NCBI GenBank assembly: GCA_963805625.1
Contig: CAWDVE010000019.1
Location: 384,001-448,000, forward strand
DNA from: an uncultured Candidatus Rokubacteria bacterium
GTDB taxonomy: Bacteria > Methylomirabilota > Methylomirabilia > Rokubacteriales > DASRDR01
DNA: 64,000 nt
Direction: 5' to 3'
Part shown: in pieces, positions 38,901 through 49,056 of the stretch
Layout of the letters: each line of letters begins with the position of its first letter
Position numbering within the stretch: the first letter of the stretch is position 1
The notes under the pieces: model-generated
What the model was told of the DNA's origin: nothing
Databases searched by the model: none
What the model saw: the letters and a program-made list of their open reading frames with translations, nothing else
Translations under genes and position numbers: made by a program

Positions 38901-39896
38901 ATGGGGAAGCGATCGACCCTGGGCATCCTGGCGGGCGTGGTGCTCGCCGTGACGATGGCTGGTGGGACTGGTGGACCGTGGTCCGCCTCGGCGCAGCCGG
39001 GAGTGTTTCCGACGCGTCCGATCACGTTCGTCGTGGGCTTCGCGCCCGGCGGCGGCGCCGACGTCTTCGCCCGCGCCCTCGCCGAGGCGTCCCGGACCAT
39101 CCTGCCACAGGCGCTCGCGGTGGAGAACCGGCCGGGCGCGGGCGGGACCGCCGCCGGCGCGTACGCCGCCGGCCGGCCAGCCGACGGCCACACCATCCTC
39201 TTTGCCCACGCCGGCTCGTCCATCATCACCCCCACGATCACGAACCAGCTGCAGCTCAAGTGGGACGCCTTCGAGCCCGTGGCGCGGATTCATGCCGAGG
39301 AGGAGTGGCTGTTCGGCCATCCGGACGCGCCATGGCAGACGATCGATCAGGTGACGGCTCACGCCAAGGCCAATCCGAAGCAGGTGCGGGTCGCCGGGTC
39401 CGCGATCGGCGGGATCGACAGCTTCGTGGTGCTGTCCTGGGAGAAGGCGGCCGGAATCGACGTCGAGTACATCCCCCACGAGGGCGGCGGGCCGGCCACG
39501 CTTGCCTTCCTCGGCAAGAACGCCGAGCTCCTCATCGGCAACATGTCCGAGGTCAGCCAGCACGTCGAGGCGAAGAAGATGGTGCCGCTCGCGGTGGCGA
39601 GCGAGAAGCGCAGCACCATCTTTCCGAACGTGCCCACGCTCCGGGAGAAGGGCTGGGACGTGGTGATGGTGCAGTGGCGGAGCGTGCTCGCGCCCAAGGG
39701 CACGCCGGCGCCGCGCGTGGCGTTTCTCGCCGAGGCGTTCCAGAAGGCGATGACGGCCGATTCCTGGAAGGCCTTCAACCAGAACGCCAAGGCGGTCGAC
39801 GCCTACCTCGGTCCCGCCGACTTCCGCAAGTTCCTCGTGGCGGAGGAGGACCGGTTTGTCAAGATCATCGACCAGCTCGGCCTGAGGAAGAAGTAG
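38901..39896 (+). CDS. tctC: TctC/Bug substrate-binding protein
   Basis: FPTRPITFVVGFAPGGGAD, ENRPGAGG, PNVPT. Confidence 0.93.
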   Translation: MGKRSTLGILAGVVLAVTMAGGTGGPWSASAQPGVFPTRPITFVVGFAPGGGADVFARALAEASRTILPQALAVENRPGAGGTAAGAYAAGRPADGHTILFAHAGSSIITPTITNQLQLKWDAFEPVARIHAEEEWLFGHPDAPWQTIDQVTAHAKANPKQVRVAGSAIGGIDSFVVLSWEKAAGIDVEYIPHEGGGPATLAFLGKNAELLIGNMSEVSQHVEAKKMVPLAVASEKRSTIFPNVPTLREKGWDVVMVQWRSVLAPKGTPAPRVAFLAEAFQKAMTADSWKAFNQNAKAVDAYLGPADFRKFLVAEEDRFVKIIDQLGLRKK

Positions 39897-39905
39897 AGCC
39901 GCCGC

Positions 39906-40793
39906 GTGCAGGCGACCCAGATCGGCTACGCCGCGTCATCGGGCCCGGTCGAGCGCTATTTCCCGCTGGCGCGACGGCAGTCCCTCGCCTGGCTCGAGTT
40001 CTCGTGCCAGAATCCGGTAAACTTTCCGCAGACCTTCGACCGGGCGCGGATTCGCCGCGTCCGGTCACTGATCGAGCGGTCGGGGGTCCGCTGCGGGCTC
40101 CACTCGGCCTCCTTCGTCAACACCGCCGAGATCATGCCCACCGTGCGGAAGGCCGCGGAGACCCACCTGCGGGAGTACGTCGAGCTCACCGTCGCGCTCG
40201 GCTGCGAGTATCTGGTGGTCCACTGCGGCTTTCACTTCAGCGCGTACCTGAAGACCGTGCGGGCCGCACTCTACGAGACGATGGCGCGGTGCGTCGAGTA
40301 CGGCGAGCGCCGACGGGTTCCCCTGGTTATCGAGAACATGAACCCGCTGCCCGGCGACTCCGAGTTCCAGTATCTCGGTGTGACGGTAGAGGAGTTCCGG
40401 GCGCTCTTCGACCGGATCCGCTCACCCTACCTCGGCCTCGCGCTCGACGTCGCTCACTCGGAGCTGGTTCCCGGCGGCACCGTGTCGTTCGTACGGGCCT
40501 TCGGCGAGCGCATCCACTCCGCTCAGCTCTCGGACAATCGCGGGCGCGTCGACGAGCACCTGACGATCGGCGCGGGGACGATCGACTTCCGGCGAGTCCT
40601 CGGCGCGCTCCGGCGGATCCACTTCGCGGGGCCGCTGATCATCGAGCTCTTCGACGTGCCGAAGAAGCTCCTGAGCCACCGGCGGCTGCTCGCGCTCCTG
40701 GCGGACGACGGCGGCCGGCGACCCGGCGGGACGCGGCCGTCCCGCCGCACGACGAGCCCCGAGCGCCCACGGTCGCGTGGTCGCAGGCGCTGA
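39906..40793 (+). CDS. Sugar phosphate isomerase/epimerase (AP endonuclease 2 TIM barrel)
   Basis: VVHCG, IENM, LDVAH, LSDN..DEHL..GAGTID, IIE. Confidence 0.85.
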   Translation: MQATQIGYAASSGPVERYFPLARRQSLAWLEFSCQNPVNFPQTFDRARIRRVRSLIERSGVRCGLHSASFVNTAEIMPTVRKAAETHLREYVELTVALGCEYLVVHCGFHFSAYLKTVRAALYETMARCVEYGERRRVPLVIENMNPLPGDSEFQYLGVTVEEFRALFDRIRSPYLGLALDVAHSELVPGGTVSFVRAFGERIHSAQLSDNRGRVDEHLTIGAGTIDFRRVLGALRRIHFAGPLIIELFDVPKKLLSHRRLLALLADDGGRRPGGTRPSRRTTSPERPRSRGRRR

Positions 40794-41070
40794 GCCGAGA
40801 GCGACTGCGGATCGACCCGCAGCTCGCGACCGACCTCGTGGGTCTTCCGTTGCCGGGCGCGGCCCGGGCGGGGCAGAAGGTCAGGTGGGCCAACCCGGTC
40901 GTCGCGCGCGGTTCCGTGAGCCGGGCGCAGCCGCCGCGCTCACCCTCATCGCGGGGGCTCTGATCGCGGGGACGATCGTCCACGGCGTCCTGCGCCTCTA
41001 CGCCGTGTAGGGACCGGGTATCTCGGCTGTTCGACGCGGCGAGGCGAGTGCGGAGACCTCCCCCGAAAGC

Positions 41071-42663
41071 TCAGCGGGGGCCCGACGTCCGGAGGTGGAG
41101 GATCTTGCCGATCGCCTCGGTCACGGGCGCTCGGCGCTCGATCTCCACCAAGCCGGCCTCCCGCCAGGTCGCGGCCATGGATCGATGGACCTCGGACCCC
41201 GACCCGAGCGCCACCAGGAAGGCCTCCCGCGCCAGCGCAGGATCGAAGGGTCCGACGGCGGGGTGGATGAGGAGTCGCACGCGCGGCCGCCCGTCCTGAA
41301 GCTCGTCCTCGACCAGCTGGTACTGGCCGGGCACGCCGCCGAATCGGGCCGGCAGGATCTCGTCGAGGATCCGGATCACGTCCACGTCCAGGAACGTCAT
41401 ACCGGTGCTGGTCAGCTTCTCGAAGCTCCGTACGTCGCGGAGGTGGCGGGTCCAGCCATGGGCCTCCATCGGGCAGCCGCACCGGCGACGTTCGAGCGTC
41501 GCGCCGTCGCCGAGCGAGACGTTGAGGAGGAGCAAAGGCGCCGTCCCGCGCAGCGAGGAGAGGAAAAGGGCGTTCGGTGGGAATCCTCGAGAGGGGCCAT
41601 CGGCTCCTGGCTGGACGATGACGTGGATGTCTTCCATGGCGTGGAGGTCATCGGGCGCGGCTGGGGCGACGCAGGCCTCGCCGACCTGGCCCATCTCGAT
41701 CCCACCGTAGTCCGGTCGCGCTTCCACCCCGGCCTTTTCGAGCACGGCCTGGCGCACGGCGGTGAGGGGCTCGCCGGTCAGCGTGAAGCGGGCACCCGCC
41801 AGATCGGCTCCGGAAGCGCTGGCGGCCTGGCAGAGCCCGATGGCCGCGCTGGCGTACGTCTTGAGGTGCGGGACGCCGCCCGCCCGGAGGGTGTCGGTCA
41901 TCCAGTCCACGATCGGCTCCGGACGATCGAGCGGCACGTGACGGGGTGCGGGCAGGGGGACGCCGGCCAGCCGGCTGCCCCACCGGAGGCCGCGCCAGCT
42001 CCAGCGGTAGCGGGCGGTCAGCTCCGGGTCGAGGGGGTCGGGCTGGGAGAACCAGTGCTCGGGCGGCGCCCCGGCGACCGCGAACCGGAGCACGATGACG
42101 AGCTCGGAGCCGCCTGGCGCTCCCCAGACCGCGTGGCACCAGCCGAGGGCGTCGCGGGCCTCCAGCACGAGCCGCCGGCTCATCGCGTGGTCGCGCACCC
42201 AGCCGAGGTCCAGCGGGACCACTGTCCGGGGCCCGCGGCTGCCGCTCGAGTGGCCGAGCACGTGGACGACCGCTCGGGGATTGACCAGGCGTCCGGGATC
42301 GACCGGAATCGTCCGCCCGCCTCTCACGAGCGGCTTGCGCCCCTTGAACTCCTCCACGGTCAGGTACACGCCCTGTCGCCAGAGCGTAGCGAGGGCGGCG
42401 TCGACGCCCTCGCTCCCGACCAGACGCTCGAGGTCGCCGGGCTCGCACCCGGCGTGCGCCAGGAGCGCGCGGTACGGGCTGGTCGGATTGGCCCAGACGA
42501 GATCGCGGGTGAGGCCGAGGAAGTCCGCCTCGCGGGTCGCCAGCCGCGCCCGCACCGTGGCCCGGGCCTCGGTGCCAGTGACCCGACGGCGGAGGAAGCC
42601 AGGCAGGCGGGGGAAGAAGCGGGCGGCCACGCGAAGGTCTTCGAGAACGTCTGGTCGCGGCAC
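41071..42663 (-). CDS. Divergent PaaK-like adenylate-forming enzyme, paralog 2
   Basis: HSSGSRG, TGEP, YGGIEMG, LNVSLGD, RCGC, VRSFEKLT, AIGKIL; colinear with 29948-31600. Confidence 0.7.
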   Translation of the reverse strand: MPRPDVLEDLRVAARFFPRLPGFLRRRVTGTEARATVRARLATREADFLGLTRDLVWANPTSPYRALLAHAGCEPGDLERLVGSEGVDAALATLWRQGVYLTVEEFKGRKPLVRGGRTIPVDPGRLVNPRAVVHVLGHSSGSRGPRTVVPLDLGWVRDHAMSRRLVLEARDALGWCHAVWGAPGGSELVIVLRFAVAGAPPEHWFSQPDPLDPELTARYRWSWRGLRWGSRLAGVPLPAPRHVPLDRPEPIVDWMTDTLRAGGVPHLKTYASAAIGLCQAASASGADLAGARFTLTGEPLTAVRQAVLEKAGVEARPDYGGIEMGQVGEACVAPAAPDDLHAMEDIHVIVQPGADGPSRGFPPNALFLSSLRGTAPLLLLNVSLGDGATLERRRCGCPMEAHGWTRHLRDVRSFEKLTSTGMTFLDVDVIRILDEILPARFGGVPGQYQLVEDELQDGRPRVRLLIHPAVGPFDPALAREAFLVALGSGSEVHRSMAATWREAGLVEIERRAPVTEAIGKILHLRTSGPR

Positions 42664-42725
42664 GGTCGCGACATTGTCCCCGGCGAGGCCCCGTGCCGCA
42701 ACCCGCTCGGGGCAGGCGACCGAGC

Positions 42726-43919
42726 CTAGGCGGCGCGGAGCGCCTCCGTCACGGGCAACCGGGCGGCCCGCACGGCCGGCAGGAGGCCGCCGGCCAGGCC
42801 GATGCAGAGCGCCCACACGAAGCCCTGCGCGAGGAGTTTCGGGGTCACGCGGAAGTCGAAGGCGACCTGCGAGAACGTGTTGAAGTTGAGGGTGGAGAGG
42901 GAGACTCCATCGCAGTAGACGTACGCGAGCGCTCCGCCGACCGCTCCACCCAGAAGCGCCAGAACGAGCGCCTCGATCATCACGGACACCACGACTGGCA
43001 GCGCCCCGAAGCCGATCGCCCGCAGGGTGGCGATCTCGACCTGGCGGCTGGCGATGGCCGAGTACATGCAGTTAAGAGCGCCGAACGCCGCGCCGATCGC
43101 CATGAATCCGGCAACCGTGTACCCGAGCACGTTGATCAGGGTCGACAGAACGGAGGCCTGCTTCGCGTAGTACTCGGGCTCCCGCAGCACCGCGATCGAG
43201 AAGCGCGGGTCGCCGCTGACGGAGTCCTTGAGAGCCCGCAGGCCTGCCGCCGAGCCGTCAGCGAGCCGGGCTGTGACCGACTGGTAGCCCTCGCGCCGGA
43301 ACGCCGACATGGTGACCTCGGCGTCGCTCCAGATCTCGGACTCGTGGACGTCGCCGCCGGTCGTGAAGAGCCCCACGACCGTCCAGTCACTATCTCGGAA
43401 TCCGATGCGGGCGCCGACGCCCAGTCCCGCGAACTCTCGCGCGGCCTTCCGGCCCACGATCACCTCCCGGAGGCCGCGCTGGAAGGGGCGCCCCTCCACG
43501 ATCCTGAGCTCGTCCCGGACGGTGAAGGCCGAGGGCTGGACGCCCCGGAAGGGCACGTTGTTGGGCTCGGTCTCCCCCTGTCGCGGGAGGTCGACCATCA
43601 CCACGAGCTCCGCCGACGCGAGCGGGCGTCCGGTGGCATCGCGGGCGACTCCGGGCAACGTGCTCAGCAGGGTGGCGACGTCGCGCGGCACGCCGCTCGA
43701 GAGCTCGGCGTCGGAGCCGGCGCGCAGGAGGATCACGCGGTCGGGGCGCCCGGTGCTCGCGAGGGTGTGGCGGAAGCCCTCCGACATCGCGAGAACCGAC
43801 ACCAGCACGCCGACGACGCCGGCGATCCCCACGACCACGACCAGCGAGGTCCCCAGGCGTGCCGGCAGCGTGCGCAGGTTGAGCAGGGTGATCTCGGCGA
43901 TCTGGTGGAGCGAGCGCAT
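42726..43919 (-). CDS. ABC exporter permease (MacB/FtsX-like)
   Basis: EIATLRAIGF, PAVRAARLPVTEALR. Confidence 0.9.
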   Translation of the reverse strand: MRSLHQIAEITLLNLRTLPARLGTSLVVVVGIAGVVGVLVSVLAMSEGFRHTLASTGRPDRVILLRAGSDAELSSGVPRDVATLLSTLPGVARDATGRPLASAELVVMVDLPRQGETEPNNVPFRGVQPSAFTVRDELRIVEGRPFQRGLREVIVGRKAAREFAGLGVGARIGFRDSDWTVVGLFTTGGDVHESEIWSDAEVTMSAFRREGYQSVTARLADGSAAGLRALKDSVSGDPRFSIAVLREPEYYAKQASVLSTLINVLGYTVAGFMAIGAAFGALNCMYSAIASRQVEIATLRAIGFGALPVVVSVMIEALVLALLGGAVGGALAYVYCDGVSLSTLNFNTFSQVAFDFRVTPKLLAQGFVWALCIGLAGGLLPAVRAARLPVTEALRAA

Positions 43920-43928
43920 CGCGAGCGC

Positions 43929-45095
43929 TCAGCGGTGGCCGGCCAGGGCGTCCACGATCCGGAGCCGCTTCGCACGGAGCGCCGGTGGCAGCCCAATGGC
44001 GAGCGCCAGCGCCAGCACGATGCTCGCGCCAGTGAGCCAGGTCTCGGCCGTCACGTAGAGCGGAGGGAAGCGGGAACCGATGGCGCGGTTCAGCCCCGGC
44101 AGGACGCTGGTGGCGACCAGCATGCCCAGGCCGCCGGCCAGGGCGAGGAGCATGAGGGCCTCCGCCAGGACCAGCGCGGTGACCTTCCCGTCGGAGAAGC
44201 CCAGCGTCTTCATGATCGCCAGCTCCGGGATGCGCTCGCGGACGGACTGCGCCATGGTGTTGCCGGTCATGATCAGGATGGTGAAGAAGACGGCGGCCAG
44301 GATGCGGGTGACCAGCGCCCCCAGGTCGCCGATCTGCTTGGCGAAGCCGATGGCGAATTCCTTCTCCGGCTGGGTCTTGGTCTCGTCGGGCGAATTCTGG
44401 AAACGCCCGTCGATCGCGGCCGAGATGGCGCGGGCCCGGGTCGAGTCGTCGATGCGAACGATGTACCAGCCCGTCTTGCCCTTGCCGCGGAGCCGCGCCT
44501 CGTCGAAGTGCGCGAAGTTGACCAGGACGACGTCGGTGTTGGCGAGGGTCGCGGGGTCATCGGCGTCGAGAGTGCCGACCAGATCGAACTCCCAATTGAG
44601 GCTGCCCTCCGTGTTGGCGTGGATTTCCGAGCTGATCGGGAGCTTCTGGCCGACCTTCCAGCCGTACCGCTTGACCAGGCGCACGCCCGCGACCGCGCCG
44701 GTGCGCGTCCGGCTGAAGGCCTCGCGTCGATCGACCGCGATCTTGAACTCCGGGTACATCGCCAGGTAGCGCTCGGGATCCACGGCGAATACCGGAAAGG
44801 CGTTGCTCTCGTTCTGGTACTTGGCGCCGAACCACTCGGCATGGGCCACCCGGACCACGCCTGGCACCTGCTCGATCTGGCGGAGGTGCGAGATGGGCAG
44901 GAGCTCGATGATGGAGTAGCGGGCGGTGGTCAGCAGGCGCTTGGCATCGGCGCTGTCGGCGCCCGACTGGAATGCGGCGGTGACCGCCTGCAGCAGGCCG
45001 AAGAGCACGAACGCGACGAACACCGAGAGCAGAGTGAGCACGGTGCGCGTCTTCTTGCGGAACAGCCCGGCCCAGAGGAGCGGCAGGTAGCGCAC
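43929..45095 (-). CDS. ABC exporter permease (MacB/FtsX-like)
   Basis: LFRKKTRTVLT, VRERIPELAIMKTLGF. Confidence 0.9.
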   Translation of the reverse strand: MRYLPLLWAGLFRKKTRTVLTLLSVFVAFVLFGLLQAVTAAFQSGADSADAKRLLTTARYSIIELLPISHLRQIEQVPGVVRVAHAEWFGAKYQNESNAFPVFAVDPERYLAMYPEFKIAVDRREAFSRTRTGAVAGVRLVKRYGWKVGQKLPISSEIHANTEGSLNWEFDLVGTLDADDPATLANTDVVLVNFAHFDEARLRGKGKTGWYIVRIDDSTRARAISAAIDGRFQNSPDETKTQPEKEFAIGFAKQIGDLGALVTRILAAVFFTILIMTGNTMAQSVRERIPELAIMKTLGFSDGKVTALVLAEALMLLALAGGLGMLVATSVLPGLNRAIGSRFPPLYVTAETWLTGASIVLALALAIGLPPALRAKRLRIVDALAGHR

Positions 45096-45166
45096 GGCTC
45101 AGCGCGGGCGCGTCACGCGCCGGCAGCACGCCCGTGCGGCCCGCCGCCCTGTCCGGTAGCCCGGCT

Positions 45167-45853
45167 TCACGGCTGACCGTTCCCGTTGGCCAGCGTGCCC
45201 TTGTCGAGCAAGAGCCGGCGGCGCGCGTACTCGGCAGCTTTGGGATCGTGCGTGACCATTACCACCGTCTTGCCGTGCTCGCGGTTGAGCATCTGCAGCA
45301 GGGTCAGGATCTCGGCGGCGGTTGCGCGGTCGAGGTCACCGGTCGGCTCGTCGCAGATGAGGAGCGTCGGATCGGACACGATGGCCCGGGCGATCGCGAC
45401 GCGCTGCTCCTGGCCGCCCGAGAGCTCCCTAGGCTTGTGCCGGGCGCGGTCCCCGAGCCCGACGAGGGTCAGCGCGATGTTCGCGCGCCGGCGCCGCTCC
45501 GCCGCCGACAGGCTGGTCAGCAGGAGCGGGAGCTCCACGTTCCGCTGGGCCGAGAGCACCGGCATGAGATTGTAGAACTGGAAGACGAAGCCCACGTGGG
45601 TGGCCCGCCACCGTGCGAGCTCGCGGCTCGAGAGCTGGTCGATGCGCTGCCCACCGATGACGATCTGGCCCCCGGTGGGCGTGTCCAGGCCGCCGATGAG
45701 ATTGAGCAAGGTCGTCTTACCGGAGCCCGAGGGCCCCATCAGGGCGAGGAAGTCACCCTGCGGGATATCGAGGTCGACGCCGTGGAGGACCTCGATCCGC
45801 TCGCTTCCGCGCCGGTACGCCTTCGTGACGCCGCGGATTTCGACCAAGCTCAT
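45167..45853 (-). CDS. ABC ATP-binding protein
   Basis: [24 protein letters not shown]. Confidence 0.95.
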   Translation of the reverse strand: MSLVEIRGVTKAYRRGSERIEVLHGVDLDIPQGDFLALMGPSGSGKTTLLNLIGGLDTPTGGQIVIGGQRIDQLSSRELARWRATHVGFVFQFYNLMPVLSAQRNVELPLLLTSLSAAERRRRANIALTLVGLGDRARHKPRELSGGQEQRVAIARAIVSDPTLLICDEPTGDLDRATAAEILTLLQMLNREHGKTVVMVTHDPKAAEYARRRLLLDKGTLANGNGQP

Positions 45854-45898
45854 TGGCAGAACCGGTGGGAGGCCGTGGGATCCCGAACGGCCTGGCGG

Positions 45899-47374
45899 CT
45901 ATCCGCCCTCGGCCAGCTTGACCGGGGCGCCGTCTCGGAGCGCATCCGGCGGCGACAGCACCACGCGCTCGCCGGCCCGGAGTCCGCTCAGCACCTGGCG
46001 TTCGTCGCCCAGGCTCTGGCCGAGGGTGACGCGTCGACGCTCCACCTTGCCCTCGGCATACACGAAGACCAGGGCCTGGGCGCCATCCGGCCGTACCGCC
46101 GCCGCCGGCACCAGGACCCCGCCCCGTGGCGGTTCCGCGCCGGCCTGCGCGGGCGCCTGCGGGTTGAGGAACGCCACGCGCACGCCCATGTCCGGCACGA
46201 TGCGGGGGTCCTTCTGCTTGAGCGCGATCCGCACCTTCACGGTGGCCTTGCTGCGATCGGCCGTGGGGATGATGGCGATCACCTCGGCCGGAATCTTCGA
46301 GTCCGGATAGGCGTTCAGCGTCGCTTCGACCGGTTGCCCCGGCTTGACGCGGTTGATGAACGCCTCGTTCACGTCCACCTGGATCTCGAGCGACTCCATG
46401 TCCACGATGGTGCCGATGCCGGTCCGGGTGAAGCCGCCGCCGGCTGAGATCGGCGAGATCATCTCGCCCGGCTGGGCCGCCTTGGCGACGACCATTCCGG
46501 TGAAGGGGGCGCGCACGACTGTGTTGGCCACCTGCACTTCCGCGACCGCGACCCCTTCCTGGGCGACCCGGATCGCCTCACCGGCGGCCGCCAGCTTGGC
46601 CCGCAGCATGTCGCGCTGGGCCCGCGCGGTCTCAACGGCCTGGGCGGTGTTCACCTCGGCCACCGCGACCGATTCCTGGGCCACCCGGACCTGCTCCGTG
46701 CCCGCGGCCAGCCGGGCGCGCAGCGCGTCGCGCTGGGCCCGCGCGGCGTCCAGGGCCTGCGCGGCGATCAGTTGCCGCTCGAAGAGCTCGCGCTGGCGCT
46801 CGTGCTCCCGCTCGGCCTGCTCGATCTGGGCGCGGATCTCGGCCACCTGGGCCCGGGCGGCGGCCAGCTGCGCCCGCGTGGTCGCGAGCGGCGCCTGTCG
46901 CTCGAAGAGCTCGCGCTGCCGGTCGTGGTCCCGCTCGGCCTGGTCCAGCTGGGCGCGGATCTCGGCGACCTGCGAGCGGGCGGCGGCCAGCTGCGCTCGC
47001 GCGAGCGCGAGCTGCGCCTTGGCCTCGGTGTCGTCGAGCCGGGCCAGTACCGTGCCCTCCTCGACGCGCATGCCCTCCTCGATCAGCACCTCGGTCACCT
47101 TGCCCGTGATCTTGGCCGAGACGGTGGCCTGGCGTCTTGCGGTGACGTAGCCGCTAGCGTCCAGCACCGAACCGCCGTCCGCTGCCTGGGTGGCCGGGCG
47201 CGCCGCCGCCGTGCGCACGGTGGGAGGGGCGGCCCGCGCCAGGACGAGCCAGAGCACGCCGCCAGCGACCGCCAGCAGCACCGCGCCGGCCAGCAGGAGC
47301 AGGCTGACGCGCGAGCGCGGGGCAGGCGTATCGCGGTCTATGCGCAGCTGCTTGAGCAATTCCGACCTGTCCAT
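45899..47374 (-). CDS. Periplasmic adaptor (MacA-type) with duplicated hairpin arms
   Basis: ASGYVTARRQATVS, APFTG, VDVNE; internal 41-aa and 39-aa repeats. Confidence 0.92.
   Translation of the reverse strand: MDRSELLKQLRIDRDTPAPRSRVSLLLLAGAVLLAVAGGVLWLVLARAAPPTVRTAAARPATQAADGGSVLDASGYVTARRQATVSAKITGKVTEVLIEEGMRVEEGTVLARLDDTEAKAQLALARAQLAAARSQVAEIRAQLDQAERDHDRQRELFERQAPLATTRAQLAAARAQVAEIRAQIEQAEREHERQRELFERQLIAAQALDAARAQRDALRARLAAGTEQVRVAQESVAVAEVNTAQAVETARAQRDMLRAKLAAAGEAIRVAQEGVAVAEVQVANTVVRAPFTGMVVAKAAQPGEMISPISAGGGFTRTGIGTIVDMESLEIQVDVNEAFINRVKPGQPVEATLNAYPDSKIPAEVIAIIPTADRSKATVKVRIALKQKDPRIVPDMGVRVAFLNPQAPAQAGAEPPRGGVLVPAAAVRPDGAQALVFVYAEGKVERRRVTLGQSLGDERQVLSGLRAGERVVLSPPDALRDGAPVKLAEGG
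46535..47000 (-). repeat. Two intragenic tandem duplications (123-bp and 117-bp periods)
   Basis: GAAGAGCTCGCGCTG at 46781 and 46904; TCGCGCTGGGCCCGCGCGG at 46611 and 46728. Confidence 0.9.
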
Positions 47375-47591
47375 GAATTTCGCTGGGCGCTGTGGCGTCC
47401 GGGGAAGGACTCTTTCAGTGTGCCACAGGCGGCCGAGAGACCCCATCTGCACCGCAGGTGGACCCGGTCCCGATCGGGCCGGACCCATGAGCGCCGGCGA
47501 GCGAGCTGGCCCCGGCTTCAATCCGATACCGAGCCGGCGCCGATGCGGAGCCGGGCGTTCGCGGAGCGTGCGGGAGACGCCGACCCGCGTC

Positions 47592-48455
47592 CTACTCGGG
47601 GAGCCCCTGGAGTGCGTACATGAGGACCAGGGCCGGCGTCGGCTTGCCGAGGGCGCCAAACCACTTCGAGTAGACCGCGCCGATCGCTCCGGAGCGGTAG
47701 AGGCGCGCCAGGGTGCGATTGGCGACGAGACGGAACGCCGAGTCGTCGCGCCGCACCATGAAGCCGTAGGGCTCGTAGGACAGGTCGTCGGAGACGAGCG
47801 CATAGCGGGCCGTCCCGCGGGCCTGGAGCACCAGGCCGACGAGGATGGTCCGGTCGGAGGCGTACGCCTCGATCTTGGACGTCTGGAGCGCCGCGAGGCC
47901 CTCGTCGTGATCCTTCACGGATACGATCGTCGCCGGGATGGACTGGGCGCGCAAGAAGTCGCCGACCGCCTTCTCCGTCGTCGTGCCCGGGGCGACGCCG
48001 ATGCGCTTCCCGGCGAGGTCGCCGACCGTGCGGATGCCGGACCCTTCGGCGATCAGCAAGCTTGCGCCGTCCACGAACGTCATGAGTGTGAAGTCGACCT
48101 TCTCCTGCCGGGAAAGCGACGCGGTCGTGGTGCCACACTCGATGTCGACCGTGCCGTTGGCCACCGCGTCCACGCGGTTCTCTGGAGTGACGGGGACCCA
48201 GCGCACCGCCAGGTTCGCGAGCTTGAGCTCCTGCTGGACGGCGGCGGCGATCTCCTGGCAGAGGTCGATCGAGTAGCCGGCAGGCTTGCCGTCGGAGCCG
48301 GTGTAGGAGAAGGGGAGGGCATTCTCGCGAAAGCCGACCGTCAGGGTGCCGCTGTCGCGGATCTTCTTCAGCGTGCCCGTGAGCGTCTGGGCATGAACGG
48401 TCGTAGCCCCGAGGGCCGTCATCATCACCAGAGCGATCATCGCGCGTCGCCGCAT
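47592..48455 (-). CDS. Polar amino-acid ABC substrate-binding protein (GltI-like), orphan
   Basis: TLKKIRDSG, PFSY, GYSIDLC, DIECGTTT, SYEPYG. Confidence 0.9.
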   Translation of the reverse strand: MRRRAMIALVMMTALGATTVHAQTLTGTLKKIRDSGTLTVGFRENALPFSYTGSDGKPAGYSIDLCQEIAAAVQQELKLANLAVRWVPVTPENRVDAVANGTVDIECGTTTASLSRQEKVDFTLMTFVDGASLLIAEGSGIRTVGDLAGKRIGVAPGTTTEKAVGDFLRAQSIPATIVSVKDHDEGLAALQTSKIEAYASDRTILVGLVLQARGTARYALVSDDLSYEPYGFMVRRDDSAFRLVANRTLARLYRSGAIGAVYSKWFGALGKPTPALVLMYALQGLPE

Positions 48456-48580
48456 TGGAGCCTCCCAGGTTGGATCGATCGGAGTCGTCCTTGGCACCCG
48501 TAGTCTATCGGCCGGCCCGGATGCCGTCAAACGCGCCACGATGATGGGGACCTGGGGACCTACCAGGGCGCGACGGCCGG

Positions 48581-48946
48581 TCAGTCCACCACGCGGAGGC
48601 CGGTCACGAAGTAGCTCGTCTCGCCGAAGCAGGTCGTCGGCAGACCCCGGTGCTCGCGGTAGTGCAGCACCACGCGCTTGCCCAGCGCGGCGTTTATCTG
48701 GGGCGAGAGGCTCGTGTCCCTCACGCTGAAGTACCAAATGACCGGCGTGACGCCCGGAACGATCGAGATGGCGAGCTCGCCCTCGTAGGTCTTGCAGAGC
48801 CAGCCCTTGCTCGAGAACTTCTGGAGGATCCCGGCCCGCTCGCCCTCGGAGTAGGGCCAGGACAGGACTACCCAGAGATAGAGCCCGGACACCAGTAGCG
48901 CGACCAGCAGGAGGACACCGAGGAGTGAAGACACCCGGCTTTTCAT
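48581..48946 (-). CDS. Conserved membrane-anchored hypothetical protein
   Basis: TM then YSEGERAG..KFS.KGWLCKTYEGEL..LHYREH..GETSYFV. Confidence 0.85.
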   Translation of the reverse strand: MKSRVSSLLGVLLLVALLVSGLYLWVVLSWPYSEGERAGILQKFSSKGWLCKTYEGELAISIVPGVTPVIWYFSVRDTSLSPQINAALGKRVVLHYREHRGLPTTCFGETSYFVTGLRVVD

Positions 48947-49056
48947 GGTTCCCGCTGCTCCACCTGCCTACCCTACACTTTGAGGAGTCTGAAGGACCAC
49001 AGGGTGCGAGCCGCAGTGTGTCGACGGGCTGGTGCGCGCCTTCCCGCTCGGCTGGG

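Noticed and set aside
40795-41010. Hydrophobic fragments (IDPQLATDLVGL; ALTLIAGALIAGTIVHGVLRLYAV*) resembling transporter tails
   Set aside because: Too short and frame-broken to assign
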